Origin: a virus
IMG/VR virus record: IMGVR_UViG_3300002039_000001
Coordinates: 1-64,000 of that record
Strand: one strand, 5' to 3'
Length of the DNA: 64,000 bases
In this document: positions 44,698-53,401 of the stretch, in pieces
Numbering within the stretch: the stretch's first letter is position 1
Layout of the letters: each line of letters opens with the position of its first letter
Position numbers and translations under genes: made by a program
Notes under the pieces: model-generated
What the model was told of the DNA's origin: nothing
Seen by the model: only the letters and a program-made list of their open reading frames with translations
The model's database searches: none

Positions 44698-46008
44698 ATG
44701 ACCGTCGAATACCTCACCGGTGATTCACTCGAAACGATGCGACTGTTACCCGACAACAGTGTGGACCTGTCGGTGTGCTCACCGCCGTTCCTCGCGCTAC
44801 GTAACTACAACGACCTTGACGGCCAATGGGGATCAGAACCCGACCCATCGAGCTTTCTCGACAACCTCCTCGAGCTAGCCACCGAAACCCGACGAGTACT
44901 CGCACCGCATGGTTCGTTGGCATGGGAAATAGGCGACACCTACTCCGGGTCCGGTGGATCAGGCGGCGACTACAACAAGGACGGACTCCGCGAAGGCCAG
45001 AACAAGTTCACCGGTTCAGCGGCACGCAACGGCAAAGGCGCCGACGTCACAAGCAAAGACAAATGGGCCTCATCCGACAAACGACCGGGTTGGCCGCTCG
45101 CCAAATCCTTAACCATGGTCCCCACCCTGTTCGCCGCATCACTCGCCTACGGACACAACCTCCTAAACCCCGACCACACATTCGAACCGTGGCGTGTACG
45201 CAACATGATCGTATGGGCACGCAACAACCCACCAGTCGGCAGGCTCGGCGACAAGTTCCGACCAGCCGTCTCCTACATCACAGTGGCATGCCCATCGAAA
45301 GACCGTTGGTTCGACCTCGACGCCGTACGTGTCGACCCGAAGCACGGTTTCACCAGCACACGATCTATCCCATTCACTCAACCAGCGCGCAACATAGACG
45401 GACAGCCAGCACGAAAGGTCAACGGTCCAAACGAAGATGGCGAACGTATTGAGTGCAACCCTGCTGGGGCGCCGCCTAAAGACTTCTGGACCGACGAACA
45501 CCCCCCCGAACACATGCACTGGCTCGTCAACGGGCAACCATCCAAACTCGCCCATTACGCGATGTGGCCCCCGAAACTCGCTGAACGGTTGGTGTTGTCG
45601 ATGTGCCCGCTAGAGGTGTGCAACGAATGCGGTGAACCACGACGACGGGTGACAGAGACTGAACGAACGAACAACGGCAACCCGACGGACTTGGTGATAG
45701 CCCACCCAAATCAAGCATCAAGCGGTGGCGGGGAATACATCACCCAACGTGGTACATGGGGAACCAACGTCGAGACGGTCGGTTGGTCTGATTGTGACCA
45801 CGACAATTACCGTCCCGGTGTTGTGTGTGATCCGTTCGCGGGGACGGGAACAACTGTTCTGGTTGCCGACGCTCACGGTCGTGATGGCATTGCCATAGAT
45901 CTGGACCCGGCCAACCGCGATCTGTTGGAGATGCGCCGGGACGAAGTTATGCGATCGCTTTTCGGCACAAAGCCTCAGCTTCCCGGTCAAACGGAACTTT
46001 TCGCATGA
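44698..46008 (+). CDS. DNA N6-adenine / N4-cytosine methyltransferase (N6_N4_Mtase family)
   Basis: SVDLSVCSPPF (motif IV, D/SPPY/F type) near the N-terminus and VVCDPFAGTGTT (motif I) near the C-terminus. Confidence 0.85.
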   Translation: MTVEYLTGDSLETMRLLPDNSVDLSVCSPPFLALRNYNDLDGQWGSEPDPSSFLDNLLELATETRRVLAPHGSLAWEIGDTYSGSGGSGGDYNKDGLREGQNKFTGSAARNGKGADVTSKDKWASSDKRPGWPLAKSLTMVPTLFAASLAYGHNLLNPDHTFEPWRVRNMIVWARNNPPVGRLGDKFRPAVSYITVACPSKDRWFDLDAVRVDPKHGFTSTRSIPFTQPARNIDGQPARKVNGPNEDGERIECNPAGAPPKDFWTDEHPPEHMHWLVNGQPSKLAHYAMWPPKLAERLVLSMCPLEVCNECGEPRRRVTETERTNNGNPTDLVIAHPNQASSGGGEYITQRGTWGTNVETVGWSDCDHDNYRPGVVCDPFAGTGTTVLVADAHGRDGIAIDLDPANRDLLEMRRDEVMRSLFGTKPQLPGQTELFA

Positions 46009-46048
46009 AGAGACGCGTGCTCACTGCGAGTCATCAGGAGGTGGACGC

Positions 46049-46075
46049 ATGACCGGATCAATGTGGGACCGATGA
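46049..46075 (+). other. 8-codon leader mini-ORF coupled to the HNH gene
   Basis: aggagg-N7-ATG ACC GGA TCA ATG TGG GAC CGA TGA. Its TGA overlaps ATG 46072 (ATGA). Confidence 0.3.
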
Positions 46076-46500
46076 GACGGACAGGGTTTCGTAAACCAAC
46101 CGTCGAACAAGTCCGAGCCGCGAACGACCGCCGAACCGCGGCGAACCGGCGTTGGCAAACGAAACGCCGTCGCACACCAACACAAAAACAATCCTACGAC
46201 GACGCCGGAAGGGCACTGATCGAACGATGCAACAGCCGATGCGAAGCCGCATCAATGCACCATCCAGCGTGTGACGGATGGGGATACGAACGCCACCACA
46301 AAAAGGAACGACGCAACGGCGGCACCGACGACCTCGACAACCTGATGTGGGTCAACCCGAACTGTCACACGCCACGCATCCACCGCTACCGCAACCTAGC
46401 CCGCCACCTCGGATACCTCATCGACAACCGTCCCGTCGACGAAACCGCGGCACTCAAAGACCTCCAATACCTCCAACAACAACAGCAGGACAACCAATGA
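46072..46500 (+). CDS. HNH endonuclease
   Basis: CEAASMHHPACDGWGYERHHKKERRNGGTDDLDNLMWVNPNCHTPRIH (classic H-N-H spacing). GTG 46063 is also possible as the start. Confidence 0.75.
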   Translation: MRRTGFRKPTVEQVRAANDRRTAANRRWQTKRRRTPTQKQSYDDAGRALIERCNSRCEAASMHHPACDGWGYERHHKKERRNGGTDDLDNLMWVNPNCHTPRIHRYRNLARHLGYLIDNRPVDETAALKDLQYLQQQQQDNQ

Positions 46501-46910
46501 CAACCACAGAGCAGCATTCACCGGCCCGGTTCTCACCCGAACCGATCCTCGACTACTTCGACCAGGACCCCAACGGACCCGAACGCAAACTCGACATCGA
46601 CCGCATCGCACAAGCCTGTGGCATTCACCGACGCCGCGTCGTCCGATGGATCAGCGACGGCACAACCATGAACGACCGATGCGCCGACGAGATCGCCACC
46701 CGCCTCGGGTTCCACCCCGACATCCTCTGGCCTGATTACACGTCGACGTTGGGCGCTGACTGCCAAGCCCCCGACTGCGAACGACACCAAGACGTGCTAC
46801 GCCACGGCCTTTGCCTCGCTCATTACAACCGGTGGCGCCGACTCGGGAAACCAGATAAGGACACACTCGCACCGCTCCGACCCAGCAGAAAGGCGTCGGT
46901 CGCGGCGTGA
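46497..46910 (+). CDS. HTH plus Cys/His-motif DNA-binding protein
   Basis: ATG 46497 (ATGA overlap). RIAQACGIHRRRVVRWISDG (HTH-like). CQAPDCERHQDVLRHGLCLAHYNRWRRLGKPD is the same motif as the HNH N-termini. Confidence 0.55.
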   Translation: MTTTEQHSPARFSPEPILDYFDQDPNGPERKLDIDRIAQACGIHRRRVVRWISDGTTMNDRCADEIATRLGFHPDILWPDYTSTLGADCQAPDCERHQDVLRHGLCLAHYNRWRRLGKPDKDTLAPLRPSRKASVAA

Positions 46911-47950
46911 CCTACCGCATCGCCGAACTCTGCGCGGGCTATGGAGGTCTCGGCATGGGTCTCGAGCTAGCCGGTATCAACATCGAACACGTCTGGTACT
47001 CCGAACTGCACGAGCTCACAGATAAGAAGGGTAAGACGAAACCGAACCCGGCTGAATCGTTGATGAACGAGTACTACGGGATACCGAACCTCGGTGATCT
47101 CACCGAAATACACAACCCCCCGAAGGTTGACATTGTTGCAGCGGGGTTCCCGTGTCAGCCAGTCAGCGCGGCCGGTTTAGGGAAAGGGCATGAAGATGAA
47201 CGATGGATCATTGACGATGTTTGCCGAGTTGCGAGCGAATCCGGGGCGATGTTGCTCGTGCTCGAAAACGTGCGAGGACTGCTTGCCCCTGGCAACCGGG
47301 ACGCTATGGCCCGAGTGTGTGCAGCGTTGGCCCGTTTCGGGTTCGATGCGGAATGGGCAACTCTTCGAGCGTCCGATGTTGGAGCTTGCCACGAACGAGA
47401 CCGATGGTTTGGCGTTGCTTACAACGCCGACGGCTTGGCTGGGTCGACGTCCGGGGAATTCGGACCTGTCGATAACAGATTCGTTCGATCGGGGAACCGG
47501 ACACGAGCTTACGCGGGACATAGCCAAACTCCGATAAGGCTCTTACCGACGCCGACGGCGTCCAACCCGAACGAAGGTGAAGACCCCGACACGTTCGATG
47601 CACGGCAGAAGGCGAGGGTAGAAGCTGGTTCGAGGCCGTCACCGAAACCATTGGGAATGGTTGTAAAGACGCTCCCGACTGTAGAGATAGAGCATCCATG
47701 GGGAGAGTACTCGGACGCCATCGCCCGGCACGAAGAGATCATGGGTTCGCCCCCACCGTCACCGGCCGTAGACAACAAACTGTCGCCGTTGTTTGTGGAG
47801 TGGATGCAGATGATACCTAAGGGTCGCGTTACCGATCACGTTGAGAAGCGCAACGATGCTTTGTTCGTGTTGGGTAATGGTGTTGTGCCGCCTCAGGTGG
47901 CGGCGGCTGTTGGCGGTTTATTGGATCGGGTGGAGGGCCATGATGTCTGA
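46907..47950 (+). CDS. DNA (cytosine-5)-methyltransferase
   Basis: ELCAGYGGLGMG (motif I), GFPCQPVS (motif IV PCQ), LVLENVRGL (motif VI ENV). Confidence 0.85.
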   Translation: MTYRIAELCAGYGGLGMGLELAGINIEHVWYSELHELTDKKGKTKPNPAESLMNEYYGIPNLGDLTEIHNPPKVDIVAAGFPCQPVSAAGLGKGHEDERWIIDDVCRVASESGAMLLVLENVRGLLAPGNRDAMARVCAALARFGFDAEWATLRASDVGACHERDRWFGVAYNADGLAGSTSGEFGPVDNRFVRSGNRTRAYAGHSQTPIRLLPTPTASNPNEGEDPDTFDARQKARVEAGSRPSPKPLGMVVKTLPTVEIEHPWGEYSDAIARHEEIMGSPPPSPAVDNKLSPLFVEWMQMIPKGRVTDHVEKRNDALFVLGNGVVPPQVAAAVGGLLDRVEGHDV

Positions 47951-48392
47951 GTTGTCGATCGAGGATCGGTTGCAGGAAGTGCGAGCCAAGCAACGCCGGA
48001 ACAGGCCCCCGGTTCCTGTCACACCGGAGGTTCGGGCGGAGTCGCACAAGCAGATCGGTATGGCGTTAGCTGAGGTCGCTGCCGGTACTGAATGGGTGGA
48101 CCAAGTACGCCAAGCCATCCACCAATATTTGTTGGGGAACCGGTTCATGTTCATTGATGACCTTCGGGAGTGGGATCAGTTCCCCCCGATCCCTGGTGCC
48201 ACCGAAGAGGAGCAACGGTCAGCGAAGAAAGCGATCGGAACGGCGATGCACGCCGCCGCGAAGTCGTACGGTTGGTGTCGGAAGGCCCGGCCGACTGGTG
48301 ATTGGCCTGACGACGCGTTCGTGTCCCGCCCGTCCGTCCATTCCAACGGTTCGCCGAAGCCGCTATGGGAGTCTTTGCTTTACCGGCCATAG
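47940..48392 (+). CDS. hypothetical protein
   Basis: ATG 47940 overlaps the methyltransferase gene end. 150 aa. Confidence 0.55.
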   Translation: MMSELSIEDRLQEVRAKQRRNRPPVPVTPEVRAESHKQIGMALAEVAAGTEWVDQVRQAIHQYLLGNRFMFIDDLREWDQFPPIPGATEEEQRSAKKAIGTAMHAAAKSYGWCRKARPTGDWPDDAFVSRPSVHSNGSPKPLWESLLYRP

Positions 48393-48438
48393 ATTCGCGC
48401 ACCACACAACCCGGTGGTGGTGGTGGGATGGTCGGTGT

Positions 48439-48660
48439 GTGGACATTCCGACGATTCTGGTGTGGTGGTGGCGTAAGGGTAAGGCGCCTGTCCCTACGTC
48501 GGGTGATGTGTACGCGGCGCAGGCGGCAAAAGCGCGGGCTGTGATCGATTCGGCGAAGCTCGGTAACCCGACTCGTCGTGGCGAGGTCGCCCAGTGCGCG
48601 ACTGATGTGACTCGTTGGGCGAACGACCCGGCGTCTAAGGTGAGGTTCCCTCTCCGCTAG
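48439..48660 (+). CDS. possible small protein
   Basis: GTG 48439 within track ORF 48154-48660. The upstream part of that ORF is overlap noise. Confidence 0.25.
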   Translation: MDIPTILVWWWRKGKAPVPTSGDVYAAQAAKARAVIDSAKLGNPTRRGEVAQCATDVTRWANDPASKVRFPLR

Positions 48661-48708
48661 GGTGCATGCACCCACCCTATTCTTGGCGTTCGGTCCGACT
48701 CTTGTGGA

Positions 48709-48975
48709 ATGGCACCTCAAGAACAACAGTTCCGCCGCCCCATACTTGACCAACGCTCTTGGGAAGTGTTCGGCCGTTGGGTAGGCGAACGACAGTTCAG
48801 CTATGACACCGATGGGAACATCGAGCAGATCGTCGACAACGACGGTGGCACGATCGATTTCCAGTACAGCACCGATGGTGACATGGAACTGATCACAGAC
48901 GTGATCCGTGGGGATTCGACCATGTACACGTATACGACGACCGGTGACATCGACAAGATGAACCGCACCACATGA
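48709..48975 (+). CDS. stand-alone YD-repeat-like protein
   Basis: 88 aa. FSYDTDGNIEQIVDNDGG / TIDFQYSTDGDMELITD / TMYTYTTTGDIDKM resemble Rhs/YD repeat units. Confidence 0.45.
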   Translation: MAPQEQQFRRPILDQRSWEVFGRWVGERQFSYDTDGNIEQIVDNDGGTIDFQYSTDGDMELITDVIRGDSTMYTYTTTGDIDKMNRTT

Positions 48976-48983
48976 GGTAAACA

Positions 48984-50408
48984 ATGGCACTTCTTGACGA
49001 TCCCGATCAACTGACTGACTCCGCACTCGACGACGGTTCCACGAACCTGTTTGTCGATCCGATCGGGCAGACAATCAAGTTGGTACCGGGTCAGGGCGGT
49101 TTGGTCGCCATCGATGGTGTGACTGAGCAGGCTGTGTTCTCCAAGATCGTGGAACTGTGGCACACCAACGACGCTGGTAAGAACCTTGCGTCGTTCCCGT
49201 TCCCGTTTGAGAACATCACGGACGAGTTCTTCGAGCTGATCGACGGGTGGAACTGGGAGGACGCGACGACCCGCCAGTCCATCCGCAATGGTGGTTGGCT
49301 GGTCCGCAACACCTCCGGTCAGGTCACCGAGCACTGGGCGTCGTTCAAGGGCATCGGCGACATCTTCGGGGCCGATCAGCTTTACCACGCAGTGACCGGA
49401 GCACCGGTTGACTTCACGTTCACTGGGGCACCGAACCAGGCTGTGCAGGTCCTTTCCGACCCGAACGGCGACGGCAACTACGTCGACGGGTTCGACTACT
49501 CGGCACCATCCGGGGCCATCGTCTTCAACCGCAAAGAGAACCAGATCTTCTCGTCCGCTGGCCTCGCTGACATTGGTGAAGCGAACCTGCTGGCACCCAA
49601 GTCATTCTCATTCGCTGTCGGTACTGCCAACGATCAGAACATCGTCGAAACTGACGCGAATGTTGCGGCGAACGCCCCGTACACGGGCATGTCGATCACG
49701 TACCACTCGACTGCGCAGGCACGCGACATCGGTGGCACGAACCGGGACTTCGGTGTGATCATCGACGGGAACGGCGGCACGAAACAAGAGATCTACACGT
49801 ACCTGCAGTACCAGCTACGCCAAATCTCAGACATCGACGCCGACGCAGACGTCAAGACTGGTGCCCTCCAGTCAGCGCTTGCGTTGTTCGACGGCACCGA
49901 GCTCGTCACCCAAACTGTCGACAATCCTGACGGCGGCGGCGGCGGCGTCTACATCGACAACTATCTGGCAACCCAGATCAACGACTACCAGTTCACCGAC
50001 AACACGGGCACCGTCCGGGAATTCCCGTTCCTGTCGGGGTTCACGATCGACGCCAACGACATCGCCCAGGGCGACACCACGTTCAAGTACTTCGCGTACA
50101 TGACCGACCCGGACGGCGCAGCGAACGGCAACGAGTGGGGAACCGCAGGTGGCATCATCCTGCAGGACAACGGCAACGCGCCGATCACTGGCCTGCTTTC
50201 TGGCGCTTCGTCTGCGTCGTTCATCATCGACTACGACGGTTCGGCGCAGGGCGGTCGTACACCGGGCACCGACATCAACGTGACGGTCATCGGTATCGGT
50301 ATCACTGCGAACGGCGCAAAGTATGTTCGTGGCACAGGTGTGATCGCGAAGCAGTCGAACAACGTTGTGACGTTGGCACCTTCCACGAACCGCCAGTACA
50401 AGACCTGA
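48984..50408 (+). CDS. fibre-like / virion-associated-like protein ending NRQYKT
   Basis: 474 aa, Gly/Asp/Thr/Asn-rich and beta-rich. RBS gaggtaaaca. The C-terminal hexapeptide is shared with the next gene. Confidence 0.6.
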   Translation: MALLDDPDQLTDSALDDGSTNLFVDPIGQTIKLVPGQGGLVAIDGVTEQAVFSKIVELWHTNDAGKNLASFPFPFENITDEFFELIDGWNWEDATTRQSIRNGGWLVRNTSGQVTEHWASFKGIGDIFGADQLYHAVTGAPVDFTFTGAPNQAVQVLSDPNGDGNYVDGFDYSAPSGAIVFNRKENQIFSSAGLADIGEANLLAPKSFSFAVGTANDQNIVETDANVAANAPYTGMSITYHSTAQARDIGGTNRDFGVIIDGNGGTKQEIYTYLQYQLRQISDIDADADVKTGALQSALALFDGTELVTQTVDNPDGGGGGVYIDNYLATQINDYQFTDNTGTVREFPFLSGFTIDANDIAQGDTTFKYFAYMTDPDGAANGNEWGTAGGIILQDNGNAPITGLLSGASSASFIIDYDGSAQGGRTPGTDINVTVIGIGITANGAKYVRGTGVIAKQSNNVVTLAPSTNRQYKT

Positions 50409-50427
50409 TAGCCGAAGGGGGTCACTT

Positions 50428-52677
50428 ATGGCCTTTCTACGTGACAAGGTCATCGATCTTCAAACCTCGAACCTGAACAACATCACAACGGATATCACCA
50501 ACCTGGATTATGAGGCTGGTGACACGTTGGTGTTGTGCGTATCGAAGGACACCACAACTGGCGGTGATTTGGGCACGCCTGCGGGGTGGACGAAGCTCGG
50601 CGGTGACGTAACTAACTCGACAGCGGTCCGGGGAGCGCTGTTCTACCGGGAGAACGTGCCTGCCAATGTGCCGAACCCGGCAGTGACGTCGACTGATACG
50701 GATACGTGGGCGTCGTGGTGCGCTTCGATCGGCGGCGCACCCGCGTCGAATGTGATTGATGCGTCGACGACGTGGTCGGAAAACTTCACCAGCCACGAGG
50801 CATCGATCCCTTCGCTGACCACCCAGTCAGCGAACACGCTCGTGCTTTGGGCGATCGGCACTGACGGTGCCGGCCAGATCTACAACCCGAAGGCGTCACG
50901 TCTCATCAACTACGACGACGGCGTTGGTTGCACCGCCGGCGGGTTCTGGGCCACCAAGCTCAACGCCGGGGCGACCGGGGCGTTCACGATGCTGTCCGGT
51001 GGTGTCGAGCAGACGGTCGGTTGGGTCGTGTCGATCAAGGACGGATCTGGGGGCGCTGACGTGCCCGGCGTGGTCGAGGGCGGTGTCAACGAATCAAACC
51101 TTGTGCTCGCACTGCAGGGCATCGAAACGAACACGTACGCACCGACCGGTATCGGTTCGGACATTGCGATCAGTTCGCTGATCGGCACGTTCCAAGGTCG
51201 CAACATCTTGGACATGAAAACGCTGGTCGATCAGACCGACGCCGCGTCTGTTCCGTACGCTCGCGCCCCGAGGATGGAAGCTGACCGGCAGAACGACACC
51301 GGGTTCGCGTTGTCATGGAATTTGGATGTCACGAACGGCACCGCCGCGTTCGACGTGTCCGACCCCGACCATCACCTTTTCTTCATGATCCATCACCGTG
51401 ATGCGAAGCTGCAGGCGATCGGCGGTCTGGCGAACGACTTCGGCACCGCGATCTTGTTGCATGATTCTGGCGGCGACTGGGCGGCGTACGGTGTTGATGG
51501 CCGCGACTCGAACCGGAAACTCGACACAGCGAACGCAGGGCCGGTCATCATCGACCCTACCGATACCGTCCGACTCGCTGAGTCAGGCACCCTCAACGAC
51601 AACGCTCTGCGGCACATGACGGTGGCGGCGTTCGCTGCCCTGTCGAACAACTACTACACACATTTGGGCGGCGTGTACATCTGCCACCCGTGGACACTCG
51701 TCGGTGGGTCGTCGAACATCCCAGCGAACCTCGACGACATCATCGACTACGGCCGACGCCTCAATGTCCGACCGTTGTTCCGTGAGGGGTTCGCTTACAC
51801 GGCGTATGCGATCATCAAACTCGGGAACGGCACGGACGGTCTCGACTGCAACCTCGACGGTGACCAGATCACGTTCGCTGCCAGAGACAACGCTTGCCAC
51901 ATCGCTGACGGGCACTTCGGATTGATCGTCGACACCGCCGCAGGTAACAGCATCTCCGCGGTTGGTTCGTCCTGGGCGTCAGAAACACCGTTCCGGTTCG
52001 ACCTGTCATCAGCGGCCGGTACCGTCAACTTCCAACGAGCGAATGTCATTGGCGCTACCCCTGTGACGTTGTCGGCTGTTGTCGACATGACAGACGCGAC
52101 GTTCACAGGTTGCGGAGAGATCGACGCTAACGGCGCCGAACTAACGGGAGCGACGATAGATAGCAGCACCGCTACACCAGCGATAACGATCAGTTCTCAG
52201 GCCGAGCTCGACAACATGGTCGGCGTGAAATTCACGAACAACAACGTAGCGATAGTCATCGACGCAGCCGGGTCTCTAACGTTGTCCGCTGACAATGTCA
52301 CGTTCACCGGTAACACTGTCGACATCGTCTACACCGGTACGGGCACGTTGACGTGGCAGAACCTCAACGGATCTGACGCTGCGTCCTCATCAGCTCCGGG
52401 TGGCGGCACCGTGATAATCGAATCACCAGCCGTCTTGACGTTCACAGGTATGGACGCAGGGTCAACGGTTCGTGTCTGGTCCGGTGTCGGCGGCACACTC
52501 CTAGCTGACCTCAACGAGGTAGCAGGCCAAGCCGCGTACGCCCACAACGGGTCGGGTACTGTGTTCGTGCAATACACCGACATCGATACGAAGATCTTCA
52601 ACCTGACGATCGTTCTCGCACCGGCCGACTCGACGATCCCGCTCGCCACCCAGTTCAACCGCCAATACAAGACATAG
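50428..52677 (+). CDS. large fibre / tailspike-like protein ending NRQYKT
   Basis: 749 aa. N-terminal AGDTLVLCVSKD...PAGWTKLGG module as in minor tail proteins. Later beta-helix-like repeats (VKFTNNNVAIVIDAAGSLTLSADNVTFTGNTVDIVYTG). Confidence 0.6.
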   Translation: MAFLRDKVIDLQTSNLNNITTDITNLDYEAGDTLVLCVSKDTTTGGDLGTPAGWTKLGGDVTNSTAVRGALFYRENVPANVPNPAVTSTDTDTWASWCASIGGAPASNVIDASTTWSENFTSHEASIPSLTTQSANTLVLWAIGTDGAGQIYNPKASRLINYDDGVGCTAGGFWATKLNAGATGAFTMLSGGVEQTVGWVVSIKDGSGGADVPGVVEGGVNESNLVLALQGIETNTYAPTGIGSDIAISSLIGTFQGRNILDMKTLVDQTDAASVPYARAPRMEADRQNDTGFALSWNLDVTNGTAAFDVSDPDHHLFFMIHHRDAKLQAIGGLANDFGTAILLHDSGGDWAAYGVDGRDSNRKLDTANAGPVIIDPTDTVRLAESGTLNDNALRHMTVAAFAALSNNYYTHLGGVYICHPWTLVGGSSNIPANLDDIIDYGRRLNVRPLFREGFAYTAYAIIKLGNGTDGLDCNLDGDQITFAARDNACHIADGHFGLIVDTAAGNSISAVGSSWASETPFRFDLSSAAGTVNFQRANVIGATPVTLSAVVDMTDATFTGCGEIDANGAELTGATIDSSTATPAITISSQAELDNMVGVKFTNNNVAIVIDAAGSLTLSADNVTFTGNTVDIVYTGTGTLTWQNLNGSDAASSSAPGGGTVIIESPAVLTFTGMDAGSTVRVWSGVGGTLLADLNEVAGQAAYAHNGSGTVFVQYTDIDTKIFNLTIVLAPADSTIPLATQFNRQYKT

Positions 52678-52686
52678 GAACCCAGA

Positions 52687-52860
52687 ATGAAGTTCACCCA
52701 GCCAATTCACCTACCCGATCCGGCGTCGAAGCAACCGATCCCGTTCGCTAAGGGCGACAATGTCCCATCTTGGGCTGTCAAAGACCCGGAAACGATGCGG
52801 GCTATCGCTTCGATCACCACCAAATCGAAGACGAAGAAGTCGAAGAAGTCCAGCGACTAG
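52687..52860 (+). CDS. 57-aa protein with Lys-rich tail
   Basis: Hand translation MKFTQPIHLPDPASKQPIPFAKGDNVPSWAVKDPETMRAIASITTKSKTKKSKKSSD*. Below the track cutoff. Confidence 0.4.
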   Translation: MKFTQPIHLPDPASKQPIPFAKGDNVPSWAVKDPETMRAIASITTKSKTKKSKKSSD

Positions 52861-52869
52861 GCTCACCGT

Positions 52870-53364
52870 GTGATCACGTTCGACGGACCCAACAGAGAGA
52901 TACTTCTACCCCCTGGTGTGGGCGTGTTCGACACGATCGAACTGTGGTCGCGGTGGATCGATTGGGTCCACTCTGGGGTCGGTGCCCCATTCCCCCCGGC
53001 GTTCGTATCGATCGGCGGTCAGGAAGCAGGCACCGGCGAGGTCCCGTTCTTCCTTCAGTTGCAGAACCAAACCGACGATCTCCCTATGTCGGGTTGGGTG
53101 ATCCGCTTGTCACCGAACAGCCAAGTCGAAATGTCAGGCAACCTCATCCCGGCGAACAGCACACTTCCTACATATGACGTGCCGGCGTCGTCGTCGTTGG
53201 TGACGGAACGCACAAACCAAGCGGTGTTCTTACCTGATTCGACGATCAACAACATCGCTGATCGTGTGTGGGAGGAACTGCAAGCCGATCACCGGAATGC
53301 GGGCACGATGGGTAAACAGCAGCAGCATCAGTTGAACGCCGCCCGCATCGCAGCAGCCAACTAG
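52870..53364 (+). CDS. hypothetical protein (last gene of the fibre-like block)
   Basis: 164-aa ORF with GTG start. Confidence 0.55.
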   Translation: MITFDGPNREILLPPGVGVFDTIELWSRWIDWVHSGVGAPFPPAFVSIGGQEAGTGEVPFFLQLQNQTDDLPMSGWVIRLSPNSQVEMSGNLIPANSTLPTYDVPASSSLVTERTNQAVFLPDSTINNIADRVWEELQADHRNAGTMGKQQQHQLNAARIAAAN

Positions 53365-53401
53365 CGAGGAACGACACCCCAATCGCCTGAACCGTCTTGG
53401 T

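Noticed and set aside
48154-48438. Upstream part of track ORF 48154-48660.
   Set aside because: It overlaps the end of 47940-48392 and translates to Arg/Trp-rich sequence across the GGT repeats. Only the last 73 codons look at all protein-like.
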